Positions 1-10,250 of a stretch of DNA of 64,000 nt are shown piece after piece. How positions within the stretch are numbered: position 1 is the first letter of the stretch; the number at the start of each line of letters is the position of its first letter. The translations under genes were made by a program, and so were the position numbers. The stretch is taken from positions 4,785,414 to 4,849,413 of the forward strand of contig CP070695.1 of assembly GCA_020353515.1 (NCBI GenBank), in the 5' to 3' direction. The DNA comes from Candidatus Heimdallarchaeota archaeon. GTDB taxonomy: Archaea > Asgardarchaeota > Heimdallarchaeia > Hodarchaeales > Hodarchaeaceae. The notes beneath the pieces were generated by a model. It was not told the DNA's origin. It worked only from the letters and a program-made list of their open reading frames with translations, and made no database searches.

Positions 1-1602
1 ACGAGTGAATTCATGTCGAGAATTCGAGGAGGCACAAATTCCACATTAATACGTGTATCATCTACTAGAATTAACCCTGCATTCGTTGATCGCATTGATA
101 TTTTAGTTCCTCTTCACTCTTCGGCCCTACCCCACCTGAAACACCGAATATCAGCGACCACAATTATTTTGGGTGAGGAAAAGAATATCGATGAACAATA
201 TTGTGTTAATCAAGAAAAAGTAATCAAACTGCCATTCTCTGAAATTGCAAAAGAAATAGGTGGAGCTATTTACGCAAACATTGTCGCAGTTGGAATATTT
301 TTAACTCTTTTTGAAGTAGAAGAAGATATATCTGAAGGATTTCTTACAAAAAGATTTACCAGAAAAGGAGAAAATATCGTCAAACAGAATATTGAAGCTT
401 ATAAGAAGGGATACTCGATTGGAAAGGAGCTAGTTGCTTCTGGTAAGTTTTCAAATCCACTTCGGAATGATACATCAGTTATAGATGACATAGTTCTTAG
501 TGGTGCTGAAGCGATAGGAATGGGGGCGGTTGCAGGAGGATGTAATTTTATTAGTTCATATCCGATGTCACCCAGCACAAGTGTACTTGTATTTTTATCC
601 CAACAGGCAGATAATTTCGATATCATTGTTGATCAAGCTGAAGACGAAATAGCAGCTATCAATAAAGGTATTGCAGCTTGGTATGCTGGGGGAAGGGGAA
701 TGATTACGACTTCAGGAGGAGGATTTGCGTTAATGACAGAAGGGGTGTCATTAGCAGGCATGCTTGAAACACCTATGGTTCTTCACATCGGCCAACGTCC
801 AGGGCCTGCAACAGGATTACCCACAAGGACTGGTCAAGAAGATTTACAACATGTTCTAAACGCAGGTCATGGAGAATTTGCTAGGATTATCCTAACACCA
901 GGAAATCCACAAGACGCCTTTTTTCTGACACAAAAAGCATTCAATCTTGCAGATAAATTTCAGGTTCCAGTTTTCATACTTACAGACCAATTTTTCTTAG
1001 ATTCGCACTATTCGATACCTGATTTAGATATGTCAAAAATAAGTAATAAGAAACAGATTGTGAAAACGACCCCTGACTATAAACGCTATAGACTTACTGA
1101 TAATGGAATTTCGCCAAGGGGGATTCCTGGATATGGTAATGGTCTGGTTAATGTTGACAGTGATGAACACGATGAAGATGGTCATATTACAGAAGACGTC
1201 CACGTGATCAGACCACAAATGGTTCAAAAAAGACTCTACAAAAGACTTGCTTTACTGAAGAAAGAGGTTATTGAGCCGGAATTAATTGGAAATGAGGATT
1301 ATAAAACTCTTGTAATCGGATGGGGATCTACATATGGAGTTATTAAAGAAGCTGTCGAAAATATGGCAAGGGATGATCTTGCTTTCCTCTATTTCAAACA
1401 AGTCTATCCTTTGAATGATAGAATTGGTGAATTTCTAAGAAAAGCAGAAAAAACTATTATTTTAGAAAACAATGCAACTTCTCAATTTGGCAAGGTACTC
1501 AAACTAGAACTAAATTTTGATGCTGATGAGCATTTTCTCAAGTATAATGGAATGCCTTTCTCCGTGGAAGAAGTAACAACATTTCTAGAAGAGAATTTAT
1601 GA
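1..1602 (+). CDS. korA: 2-oxoacid:ferredoxin oxidoreductase alpha subunit (5'-truncated by window edge)
   Basis: Frame is open from base 1 ([11 protein letters not shown]). Motifs YPMSPST, EDEIAA, TSGGGF and [10 protein letters not shown] are present. Substrate specificity is not determinable. Confidence 0.9.
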   Translation, partial: TSEFMSRIRGGTNSTLIRVSSTRINPAFVDRIDILVPLHSSALPHLKHRISATTIILGEEKNIDEQYCVNQEKVIKLPFSEIAKEIGGAIYANIVAVGIFLTLFEVEEDISEGFLTKRFTRKGENIVKQNIEAYKKGYSIGKELVASGKFSNPLRNDTSVIDDIVLSGAEAIGMGAVAGGCNFISSYPMSPSTSVLVFLSQQADNFDIIVDQAEDEIAAINKGIAAWYAGGRGMITTSGGGFALMTEGVSLAGMLETPMVLHIGQRPGPATGLPTRTGQEDLQHVLNAGHGEFARIILTPGNPQDAFFLTQKAFNLADKFQVPVFILTDQFFLDSHYSIPDLDMSKISNKKQIVKTTPDYKRYRLTDNGISPRGIPGYGNGLVNVDSDEHDEDGHITEDVHVIRPQMVQKRLYKRLALLKKEVIEPELIGNEDYKTLVIGWGSTYGVIKEAVENMARDDLAFLYFKQVYPLNDRIGEFLRKAEKTIILENNATSQFGKVLKLELNFDADEHFLKYNGMPFSVEEVTTFLEENL

Positions 1603-1614
1603 AGGGATAATGAA

Positions 1615-2478
1615 ATGACAACAACTATATTTGATATGTCTGAAGACACTGACATTGCATGGTGTCCTGGTTGCGGAAACTTTGGAATTCTCCGTATAGT
1701 AAAAACAGCACTAACCGAGCTAAATATTAAACCAGAAGAATTAGTAATGGTATCAGGAATAGGACAGGCTGCGAAAACTCCTCATTATCTTAGAGCAAAT
1801 ATTTTTAATGGTCTTCATGGTCGAGCGATTGCCGCTGCACTAGCAATTAAAGCTGTAAACCCTAATCTTACAGTTATTGTCGAAAGTGGAGACGGTTGTT
1901 CCTTTGGAGAAGGGGGTAACCATTTCATTCATAACATTCTTAGAAATCCAAATATTACTCACCTTGCACATGACAACATGGTTTATGGTCTTACCAAAGG
2001 ACAAGCATCCCCTACAAGTCAATATGGCTTTATTACACCTGTTCAAGTTCAGGGAGTAACAAATGAACCATTCAATCCAGTCGCATTAGCAATAGCTCTT
2101 GATGCTGCATTTGTAGCTAGAGTCTTCATGGGGGATCAAGAAAAAATGAAACAGATCATCAAAGCAGCAATTAATCACAAGGGCTATTCATTTGTAGACA
2201 TATTGCAGCCATGCGTGTCATTTAATAAAATTAACAGTTGGAAATGGTTCAAAGAGAATACTTACTATTTAGAGGAATCATATAATCCTAATAATAAAGT
2301 GGAAGCATTTAAAAGGTCATTAGAAAAGGAAAAAATCCCTCTAGGAATATTCTATACCACAACAAAGCTCACTTTTGAAGAAAATTTACCAGCATATAGA
2401 GTGAACAAGGATCCCCTTTATAAAAGAGACGTAAACCTAGATAAGCTAAGGAACCTTTTAGATTCAAAAAGAAATTGA
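1615..2478 (+). CDS. korB: 2-oxoacid:ferredoxin oxidoreductase beta subunit (TPP-binding)
   Basis: [32 protein letters not shown] and QPC motifs; 12 nt downstream of the alpha subunit. Confidence 0.92.
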   Translation: MTTTIFDMSEDTDIAWCPGCGNFGILRIVKTALTELNIKPEELVMVSGIGQAAKTPHYLRANIFNGLHGRAIAAALAIKAVNPNLTVIVESGDGCSFGEGGNHFIHNILRNPNITHLAHDNMVYGLTKGQASPTSQYGFITPVQVQGVTNEPFNPVALAIALDAAFVARVFMGDQEKMKQIIKAAINHKGYSFVDILQPCVSFNKINSWKWFKENTYYLEESYNPNNKVEAFKRSLEKEKIPLGIFYTTTKLTFEENLPAYRVNKDPLYKRDVNLDKLRNLLDSKRN

Positions 2479-2523
2479 ATCTAATTTTGAAAAATTCAAT
2501 TGAAATACTCTTTGGTGTTTTCT

Positions 2524-3030
2524 TTGGCAATAAAAGAAGTTCTAATAATTGGAAATCCTGAGCTTAGAGAGAGATCTTCTAAAATATCTGATTTTGGAGA
2601 AAGTCTTCAGGAAATCATAGAGGACTTAAAGGACACACTTACACATCTTCAGAAAACAAAAAAGATTGGTAGAGCCTTAGCAGCTCCACAGATAGGCCAC
2701 ATGAAACAAATAATTTATTATGGCCTTCCTAAGAATCCTTTTGTGATGGTAAATCCAGAAATTACCTCACGAAGTGAGGAGAAATTCTGGGTTTGGGACA
2801 GCTGTTTTAGTTTTGATGTTGCTTTTTTTGTAGAAATAAAACGTCATAAGGAGATTAAAATAAGATACCAAGATGAAAATGGAAAGATTCATGTGAATGA
2901 GTTCGATGACGATATGTCAGAGCTAATTCAACACGAAACAGATCATTTGCATGGAATCCTTGCGACTGATCATTTAACAGATGGTAAAAGAATAATCTTG
3001 AGACAGGAATGGGAAAAAAGATTTGCTTAA
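2524..3030 (+). CDS. def: Peptide deformylase family protein
   Basis: IIGNPELR N-terminus, GRALAAPQIG (motif 1), DSCFS (motif 2 variant) and QHETDHLHG (HExxH). Start placed at TTG 2524 behind a GGTG SD-like sequence; the ORF track starts at 2500. Confidence 0.85.
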   Translation: MAIKEVLIIGNPELRERSSKISDFGESLQEIIEDLKDTLTHLQKTKKIGRALAAPQIGHMKQIIYYGLPKNPFVMVNPEITSRSEEKFWVWDSCFSFDVAFFVEIKRHKEIKIRYQDENGKIHVNEFDDDMSELIQHETDHLHGILATDHLTDGKRIILRQEWEKRFA

Positions 3031-3393
3031 AAAGTGATTATTAGGAAGACTCTATTTGTGGTATCCGAAGATTAAAAGTAGTTTTGTGCGTGGACGGATC
3101 TAAATCTAATGTCCAAGAATGAGCTTCACAAATTTTTCTAACAATATGTAGACCATAACCTCTGGATCAGGAAGCAAATCAAATATTTTGGCAAATGGTG
3201 AGATTTGTTCCTCTTCTAACAATTTCATTCCCATTAACGCAGGAATTAATAGCATTTTGAACGAAAGATCTAATATTAGGGAAGAAAGAATCTTAATCAG
3301 TTCAAAATCCGCTTAGTTAATGTGTTATACTCTATTTTAATCCATGAAGAAATATAAACATATTTTTTTTCCAAAGAAAGGTTACGATTTGAT

Positions 3394-4776
3394 TTATATT
3401 ACAATAGTTCCAATGAAAATTGGCCGCGATGTATCCTTCAGAGAATTCACAAGTAAATACTGGAAACGCAAGGGAGATTTGTTTGTAATATTCATAGATT
3501 TGACATCAAGGGAAATAGTAGAATTTGCATTAAGGACTATTGGATCAAAATTAATTTCGTTTTCAGTTCCATTTGATAATATCTTTAAAGCAGATGATAA
3601 TACGACTGGGATATCGGATTTATTCTCAATCTCAAAGATCTCATCATTATCAAGATTGAACTGTAGGATGTTAGCATACTGAAACTGTAAAGCTTCCTGA
3701 ATTGCTCTCATCTGCCCTGAAGAGAAATGAATTCGTTTTTGTTTCATGAAAGGAAGAGCTTTAGAGAATTGGCAATTTTTTATCCAATTATAAAATGAAA
3801 TTGAGAGGTGTTTAGAGAATTTTGGAGAAATCTGACAATTAAAATTGAAAGGTATCCCAAGTAAACATGCTAATATAAGAAAATCCAGATTCTGACTATT
3901 GGAAAACAATTGACAAAATAAATTGGGTAATTTTTGTCGTGAAGGATTTTTAAGAAGCTCTGATGGTAGATCCATTAACATAATAAATTCTTCTGTGTTC
4001 CATGGAAAATCATAGTATATTGTAACTTTTTTCAGGAGATTAAAAAAATTTAAAGGTTCTATTGAATCCCAGGAATCTAGTCTTCGAATTATTTTTAATG
4101 AATCTCGACCTTTCAAGAACGATTTTACTTCGAACTTGAATACAGGAAGAAGTTTAACAACCAAGGCTTCTGCTAAATCTTCATTTTGTCGAATTGATGG
4201 AGGTAAAAAGAAGAAAAGGGAATAGTAATGAAAAATTACTCCTAAATTCGGGCTTTGATATGGAACATAGATGAAATCTTTTGTAAAATTCGTACCGAAT
4301 ATTCCTTCAGCCTGTTGGAGAATACATTTTATTAAAGGACGTTGACGACGTTGACTTTTTGGAATTTTTAGCTTTTTAACTAATTGAACCCATATCTGTT
4401 TGAACTTTAGGTCAAGCTGATAATTTTGTTGAGCACGGGTGAGTTTCTTTTCAAGAGGAGGATAGCGAACTATTTTCTTTGATTTTGAATGAAGATCCTT
4501 TGACACCTCCTCTAAAGAGGAAAAATAGGATACCCCATGAAGCATATTACCTTCTGTACCAAAAAGATATAGGCGTACCTCCTTTTTCCAATGAATTATT
4601 ACCATATAGGAAAGACCTTCATCTGTGTTGATAACCAAGCTCGGTACACTTGGTAATCCTTTTTTGACAACTACATGTCTCTTTATGCGACGCAACTCTC
4701 CCCAATCAGCGCCCTTCTCTCTCACCTCTCGGCGCATAAATTTCATTAATTCTTTTTTTATTTCTCGGTGTACCAT
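3394..4776 (-). CDS. Hypothetical protein (460 aa, basic N-terminus)
   Basis: Long ORF divergent from the MoaD/Xdh operon; no recognised motif. Confidence 0.7.
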   Translation of the reverse strand: MVHREIKKELMKFMRREVREKGADWGELRRIKRHVVVKKGLPSVPSLVINTDEGLSYMVIIHWKKEVRLYLFGTEGNMLHGVSYFSSLEEVSKDLHSKSKKIVRYPPLEKKLTRAQQNYQLDLKFKQIWVQLVKKLKIPKSQRRQRPLIKCILQQAEGIFGTNFTKDFIYVPYQSPNLGVIFHYYSLFFFLPPSIRQNEDLAEALVVKLLPVFKFEVKSFLKGRDSLKIIRRLDSWDSIEPLNFFNLLKKVTIYYDFPWNTEEFIMLMDLPSELLKNPSRQKLPNLFCQLFSNSQNLDFLILACLLGIPFNFNCQISPKFSKHLSISFYNWIKNCQFSKALPFMKQKRIHFSSGQMRAIQEALQFQYANILQFNLDNDEIFEIENKSDIPVVLSSALKILSNGTENEINFDPIVLNANSTISLDVKSMNITNKSPLRFQYLLVNSLKDTSRPIFIGTIVI

Positions 4777-4860
4777 CGCAAGTTTGATACTTTTCTCAGT
4801 ATTTAAACTTCTTCACTTAATTGGAAGAATATTTTTCAATGCCCCAAAGAAATATAATTA

Positions 4861-5193
4861 GTGTATATGACAAAACTAAGAATTCAATTATTTGGACAAT
4901 TAGGCTCAAATCTTGGTTCTGATATCGAGTTGGAATTTAGAAAGAAAGAACCAACACTCCGTGAGGTCATTAAAATCTTGATCAAAAAAGATCCTCAACT
5001 AAAACCTCTATTAAGAGGAAACAACTTAAAGCGTGGTATTATTCTCTTAGTCAATGGCCATATAGTTGACAGATCAGAATGGGGCCTAGACAAGAATCTT
5101 AGTACCCAAGACAGTGTAATTATCGATCAATTAGGATTTCTCCCGATTGTTGGTGGAGGTAACTTTTCTGAGAACAGGAGATTTTTGTCATGA
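4861..5193 (+). CDS. MoaD/ThiS/SAMP-family ubiquitin-like sulfur carrier with C-terminal extension
   Basis: Beta-grasp pattern (IQLFGQL, TLREVI, ILLVNG) and PIVGGG, followed by 10 extra residues; directly upstream of a molybdoenzyme. Confidence 0.8.
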   Translation: MYMTKLRIQLFGQLGSNLGSDIELEFRKKEPTLREVIKILIKKDPQLKPLLRGNNLKRGIILLVNGHIVDRSEWGLDKNLSTQDSVIIDQLGFLPIVGGGNFSENRRFLS

Positions 5194-7559
5194 CAAAGTA
5201 TGTTGGACATTCAGTTCCAAGGAAGGATGCTTTTGAAAAGGTATCTGGTACTGCTGTTTATGCTTTTGATATTGATAACATTCCAAACATGCTTTACTGT
5301 AAATTCTTAACTTCTCCGCATGCTCATGCCCGAATTGTCTCCATTGACACTTCAAAGGCTGAGAAATTGTCTGGTGTCTCAACAGTTATTACAGGTAAAG
5401 ATTGGTTTGTAAAAATTGGATTATATGCTGGAGATCGAGATATTCTAGCTGTAGAGAAAGTTGTTTGGGTTGGTCAACCAGTAGTTGCCGTAGCAGCAAT
5501 ATCGGAGGCAATAGCCGCCAAAGCTTTAGAGCTTGTTCAGATAAAGTATGAAGTTCTATCATGTATTCTTGATCCTATTGAAGCAAAAAAATCATCAGAA
5601 ATATTAGTACATGAAAAAATGGCTGAATACGAGCATTCACCAGCATTTAATCCTGTTCCTGGTACTAATATTGCAAACCATTTTAAATTGCGCAAGGGTG
5701 ATATTGAGAAAGGATTTTCTCAGGCAGATTTTGTTATAGAAAACACTTATACTATGCCCCAAGTAGCTCATGCATACCTTGAACCACTTGTTTCAATCGG
5801 TCATTATCGAACAGATGGTACCATTGAAGTTTGGTCATCTGCGCAATCACCCTTCACAGTCAGATATCTACTTAGTGTCACGTTTGGTGTACCTATATCA
5901 AACATCACCGTCCATGCTCCTTTCCTCGGAGGAGGCTTTGGAGGTAAAGCAGGCTTAAATTTCGAACCTTTAGTCGTTTTACTCTCACGAAAAGCAGGTA
6001 ACCGACCAGTGAAACTTCGTTTGACTCGTGAAGAAAACTTTCGTAGCGCACCCATTAGAGTAGGAATGGTTGCTAATGTAAAAACGGGTATGAAATCAAA
6101 TGGTCGAATTCTCGCTGAAGAACTTGAGTACATCTGGGACTCTGGAGCATGTGCAGATTACGCGGTTAATGTAGGGCGTGCGGGTGGATATGTATCAATT
6201 GGTCCTTATGATATTGAAAATATAAAGTCCGATTCTTACACAATTTACACGAATAAACCGTATGCCACGGCGTTTCGTGGTTTTGGTCATATGGAGCTAC
6301 ATTGGGCGATTGAAAGACAACGTGATGCCATTGCGGTTTCACTAAAGATGGATCCAGTTGAATTTCGAAAAATTAATACCCTAAAACCTGGGAAATCACT
6401 AACAGCAAACCAAGATCGCCTTCGAGAGGATGCAGGAAATCTAGATCAATGTCTGGAGAAAGTTTGGAATGATTTAAAAGATAATCTTAAGGACTCTCCA
6501 ATCGAAAAACCATGGTTTTTCCGTGGAATCGGAATTGCAGGCTTTATGAAGGGGCCTGCTCAACCACCTAACAGTGCAGCATCAGCTTATGTCAAATTTA
6601 ATGAAGATGGAGGAATCATAGTCTCTGTTGGGACATCTGAGATGGGACAAGGGACAATTACGAGCCTTGCCCAAATAGCTGCTGAAGAACTTGGATTACC
6701 CATTGAAAAAGTCAAAATTAGAGGTGATCGCGATACAGATCGGGATGCTTATACATGGCAAACAGTGGGATCACGCTCTTTATTTATGGATGGAAATGCA
6801 GTTAGAAGAGCTTGTGAAGATGCAAGATCTCAGATTTTTGATATAGCAAGTCAAGTCTTGAATATTCCTTCAGAAGATTTAACACTTAAAAATGAATTAA
6901 TTTATCCAAAAGGGGAAAGATGGAAGCATTTGAGCTTGGCAGAAGTTGTTATGGGCTACATGTATCCTTCTGGTGAATCTATTGGAGGACCTGTTATTGG
7001 TAGAGGAAAATACATTGCTAAGATGACAATGCTAGATCCTGAAACAGGTGCAGGGAAACCAGCAATCTTTGATACATTTGGAGCTCAGGGAGCTGAAATC
7101 CAGATTAATGTATTAACGGGTGAAGTAATAGTTAAACGCCTAGTTTCAGCCTTTGATATTGGGAAAGCTATTAATCCTGGATTATGTGAAGGCCAAATAA
7201 TTGGAGGAGGTGTAATGGCTTTATCTATCGCATTGAATGAACAACTGCAATATAATGAGAAAGGTGAACTCCTTAATCCGAATCTTGTAGACTATATTAT
7301 TTCTCGTTCAGGGGATATCCCAAAAGAATTTGTTTCACACATTGTAGAAAATCCACAAGAAGATGGACCGTATGGCGCAAGAGGCATTGGTGAATTAACT
7401 ATGCTAGGTGTACCCGCTGCAATAGGTAATGCCATTTTTAATGCAATTGATGTCTGTATTAACGATTTACCTCTCACTCCTCAGAGAATTTGGTCTGAAA
7501 TTCAACAACAACGACCAGAACTCTTAATGTCTTTAAAAAAGAAAATTTTGGAGGATTAA
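5190..7559 (+). CDS. Xanthine dehydrogenase family molybdopterin-binding large subunit
   Basis: VGHSVPRKDA..KVSG, GGGFGGK, AFRGFG, MGQG, VGSRS and GARGIGE motifs; ATGA overlap with the upstream gene. Confidence 0.93.
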   Translation: MTKYVGHSVPRKDAFEKVSGTAVYAFDIDNIPNMLYCKFLTSPHAHARIVSIDTSKAEKLSGVSTVITGKDWFVKIGLYAGDRDILAVEKVVWVGQPVVAVAAISEAIAAKALELVQIKYEVLSCILDPIEAKKSSEILVHEKMAEYEHSPAFNPVPGTNIANHFKLRKGDIEKGFSQADFVIENTYTMPQVAHAYLEPLVSIGHYRTDGTIEVWSSAQSPFTVRYLLSVTFGVPISNITVHAPFLGGGFGGKAGLNFEPLVVLLSRKAGNRPVKLRLTREENFRSAPIRVGMVANVKTGMKSNGRILAEELEYIWDSGACADYAVNVGRAGGYVSIGPYDIENIKSDSYTIYTNKPYATAFRGFGHMELHWAIERQRDAIAVSLKMDPVEFRKINTLKPGKSLTANQDRLREDAGNLDQCLEKVWNDLKDNLKDSPIEKPWFFRGIGIAGFMKGPAQPPNSAASAYVKFNEDGGIIVSVGTSEMGQGTITSLAQIAAEELGLPIEKVKIRGDRDTDRDAYTWQTVGSRSLFMDGNAVRRACEDARSQIFDIASQVLNIPSEDLTLKNELIYPKGERWKHLSLAEVVMGYMYPSGESIGGPVIGRGKYIAKMTMLDPETGAGKPAIFDTFGAQGAEIQINVLTGEVIVKRLVSAFDIGKAINPGLCEGQIIGGGVMALSIALNEQLQYNEKGELLNPNLVDYIISRSGDIPKEFVSHIVENPQEDGPYGARGIGELTMLGVPAAIGNAIFNAIDVCINDLPLTPQRIWSEIQQQRPELLMSLKKKILED

Positions 7560-8422
7560 TGATGGTTGGAACTGTTTCATACGTGGATCTTCCCAAATTT
7601 AAGGTTGAAGTTCCTAATTCTATTGAGGATGCACTAGAGCTTCTTCATAATCACCAAGCCAACTGTAAAATTCTTGCTGGGGGAACAGATTTACTAGTAG
7701 ACCTAAGGCATCGCTTGATTCAGCCAAGTGTCGTTATTGATATAAAAAACATTTTAGAGTTGAAGAAGCTTGAATTTACTGAAAATGGACTACAAATTGG
7801 TGCAGCAGTGTCTATCTCAGAAGTTTTGAAGCTTCCACAATTAAAAACACACTATACCGCACTATATCAGGCCCTTAATGACATGTGTGATGAAATCTTA
7901 AGAAGTAGGGCAACGATAGCAGGGAATATTGCAACTGCCTCTCCAGCAGCTGATACTGCAGGCCCTCTATACGTCCATCAAGCAATTATTAGCGTTAAAT
8001 CTCATTCTAGAGGAAGTAGAATGATTCTAATTAATGATTTCTTCAAAGGAGTAAAGAAAAGTATTCTTGATCCAGATGAACTCATAGTTTCAATAACACT
8101 TCCTTCAATTTCCAAAGATACAAAATCTGCTTTTATAAAAATGAAGCGAGGAGTAGAAGATTTAGCATTAGTTGGAGTTACAGGAGCTCATAATCATCAA
8201 CATACCTTCTTAGCTTACACGGCTGTTGCTCCTACGCCTATTTTCCTTGATATTTCGATGTACATTACCAACAACAAAATTTCAGAGGATTTGTTCCAAT
8301 CAATCTGGAAAGATGTCTTAACAAAAATCAACCCAATTTCAGATGTACGTTCAAGTAAAGCCTATAGAATACATATTTCTGAAATATTGACTAGATTAGT
8401 TCTCAAGGAGATAATTGCATGA
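7559..8422 (+). CDS. Xanthine dehydrogenase family FAD-binding medium subunit
   Basis: AGGTDL, ATIAGN..ASPAAD and PISDVRSS..YR motifs. Confidence 0.92.
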   Translation: MMVGTVSYVDLPKFKVEVPNSIEDALELLHNHQANCKILAGGTDLLVDLRHRLIQPSVVIDIKNILELKKLEFTENGLQIGAAVSISEVLKLPQLKTHYTALYQALNDMCDEILRSRATIAGNIATASPAADTAGPLYVHQAIISVKSHSRGSRMILINDFFKGVKKSILDPDELIVSITLPSISKDTKSAFIKMKRGVEDLALVGVTGAHNHQHTFLAYTAVAPTPIFLDISMYITNNKISEDLFQSIWKDVLTKINPISDVRSSKAYRIHISEILTRLVLKEIIA

Positions 8423-8886
8423 AAAGGCAAATATCTATTATTGTAAATGGGATATCCCACGAAATCCTAGTAAAATCTAATGAGACTCTTCTTGATGTAC
8501 TTCGTAATCACTTACACGTCACATCTATAAAAGCAGCTTGTTGGCAGGGTGATTGTGGGTTATGTACGATTTTATTTGATGGTGTGCCTGTAAAATCTTG
8601 TCTTGTACTGGCTCATGAAGCAGATCAAAAAAACTTGACAACAGTAGAAGGACTAATTATGTCTGGAAAACTATCAAAGTTACAAGAAGCTTTTATTCAG
8701 AACGGTGCTGTACAATGTGGATTTTGTACATCAGCGTTTCTCCTTATGGGTCATTACCTCCTAAATCAAACTAAATCACTTGAACGAGAAGAAGTTGAAC
8801 ACTTATTGAGTGGGATTATTTGCAGATGCACAGGCTATAAACAAATTATTGACTCGATCCTGACTGTTAGTTCAGATTTCACATAA
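8419..8886 (+). CDS. Xanthine dehydrogenase family 2Fe-2S small subunit
   Basis: CWQGDCGLC..SC, QCGFC and CRCTGY cluster ligands. Confidence 0.94.
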   Translation: MKRQISIIVNGISHEILVKSNETLLDVLRNHLHVTSIKAACWQGDCGLCTILFDGVPVKSCLVLAHEADQKNLTTVEGLIMSGKLSKLQEAFIQNGAVQCGFCTSAFLLMGHYLLNQTKSLEREEVEHLLSGIICRCTGYKQIIDSILTVSSDFT

Positions 8887-8947
8887 TTTCTAAGGTCTAA
8901 TGGAACTCCCTGTTTTGCAAACAAAACACATTATTGTTGGTATATTG

Positions 8948-9880
8948 GTGAAAATAAAATCAAAATGCCTTTATTGTTTGTTTTTTCGTGCTAAAAAACA
9001 AATAGAAAGGTTAACAGTGAATGAAGAAATTCGTTATAATGCTTTAACAGGAGTTATTCAAATTATTGCTGACCATGTTGGTTTTAATGCTTCAAACAAC
9101 ATTTCTCATCCTCTTCGACTTTGTCCCAGCTATATCGGAACAAAAAGGGACAGATTTCTCCAAAAATTCTTTCAAGTAAACGATACTTACAAACCGGAAA
9201 AACAAAATCTGAAATCTCAAACAAGTATTTTGTGGAATATGGTTCAAAAGAAGATAAAACGAAAACATCCAGAAGAACAGTTAAAGCTAGCTTTAGCATC
9301 TGCTACTTCCGCTAATATAATTGAATATGATCTTTTGAACCAAAAAAATGGTTTTAATATAAGAAATCTTAAAACAATCATTAATTCAGCGGAAAAAAAA
9401 TGGGATAACCTTTCAATTAAACTCCTTCCTAGTTTAATTTCTGAAATAACAGAAGCGAATTCTATTCTTTACTTGACAGATAATGTTGGAGAAGTTATAT
9501 TTGATGCTCTCGTAATAGATCTTCTCATTCAGCAAGATAAAAAAGTAATTGTCGCAGGGAAGAGCGAACCTATTCTTAACGATGCTACTGTAATTGATTT
9601 ACAAGATCTTTGGGTGGAATTAAGAACTAATGACTCGCCAGAAATCATATCAATCGGTACCAATTCTGTAGGATTACTTATAGATGAAATTTCAGATGAA
9701 TTTCGTAAAATCCTGAGCAAAAGCGACTTAATTATAGCAAAAGGTATGGGACACTTCGAAACTCTCCCTGAGTATGAATGGAACCAATCAGTCTGGTGTC
9801 TCTTTAGAACAAAATGTGAACCTGTTGCTATTGAGGCGAAATCAGAAATTGATTTGAACTGCATCCGCAAAATATCTTAA
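8948..9880 (+). CDS. DUF89/ARMT1-like damage-control metal-dependent phosphatase
   Basis: N-terminal CxxC (KCLYC), ANIIEY, DNVGE..FD, PILNDAT, KGMGHFE and KC..VA. Start placed at GTG 8948; the ORF track starts at 8900. Confidence 0.85.
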   Translation: MKIKSKCLYCLFFRAKKQIERLTVNEEIRYNALTGVIQIIADHVGFNASNNISHPLRLCPSYIGTKRDRFLQKFFQVNDTYKPEKQNLKSQTSILWNMVQKKIKRKHPEEQLKLALASATSANIIEYDLLNQKNGFNIRNLKTIINSAEKKWDNLSIKLLPSLISEITEANSILYLTDNVGEVIFDALVIDLLIQQDKKVIVAGKSEPILNDATVIDLQDLWVELRTNDSPEIISIGTNSVGLLIDEISDEFRKILSKSDLIIAKGMGHFETLPEYEWNQSVWCLFRTKCEPVAIEAKSEIDLNCIRKIS

Positions 9881-9897
9881 GTCAGGAATCTTTGTAA

Positions 9898-10206
9898 ATG
9901 CCCCCTAAAGAGAGAAAAAGGACATTACACACTTCAGCAACCATTGCTGCCGCAGCATTCAATCTTCCAGTTATGGTTATTGCAGGAGTCATCATTGGAT
10001 ACCTCTTGTCGGTGAATCAGAATTCGCCTTTACGAGAGCTGATATTGATTGGAAGTCCCATCCTCTTCTTTGTTATAGCAATATTTGAGCTTTATTACGT
10101 AGTGAATAGGCAACAAATACAACGTTCTCATCCAAGATCTTCATTCAGCGACTTGGCTAAGCTTATCACTGAAGAGGGAGAACGAAAAGAAGAGGGAAAG
10201 GAATAA
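9898..10206 (+). CDS. Small two-TM membrane protein, possibly AtpZ/ATPase-gene1-like
   Basis: Two hydrophobic helices with a GVIIGYLL pattern reminiscent of AtpZ-family proteins; convergent with ATPase subunit K. Confidence 0.5.
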   Translation: MPPKERKRTLHTSATIAAAAFNLPVMVIAGVIIGYLLSVNQNSPLRELILIGSPILFFVIAIFELYYVVNRQQIQRSHPRSSFSDLAKLITEEGERKEEGKE

Positions 10207-10250
10207 TACTGTACAACATATTCCTTTTTAATTGGTCATCTGTGGGAGCT

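Noticed and set aside
5190-7559. Aerobic CO dehydrogenase (coxL) call
   Set aside because: The active-site loop is AFRGFG, not AYxCSFR (form I) or AYxGAGR (form II).
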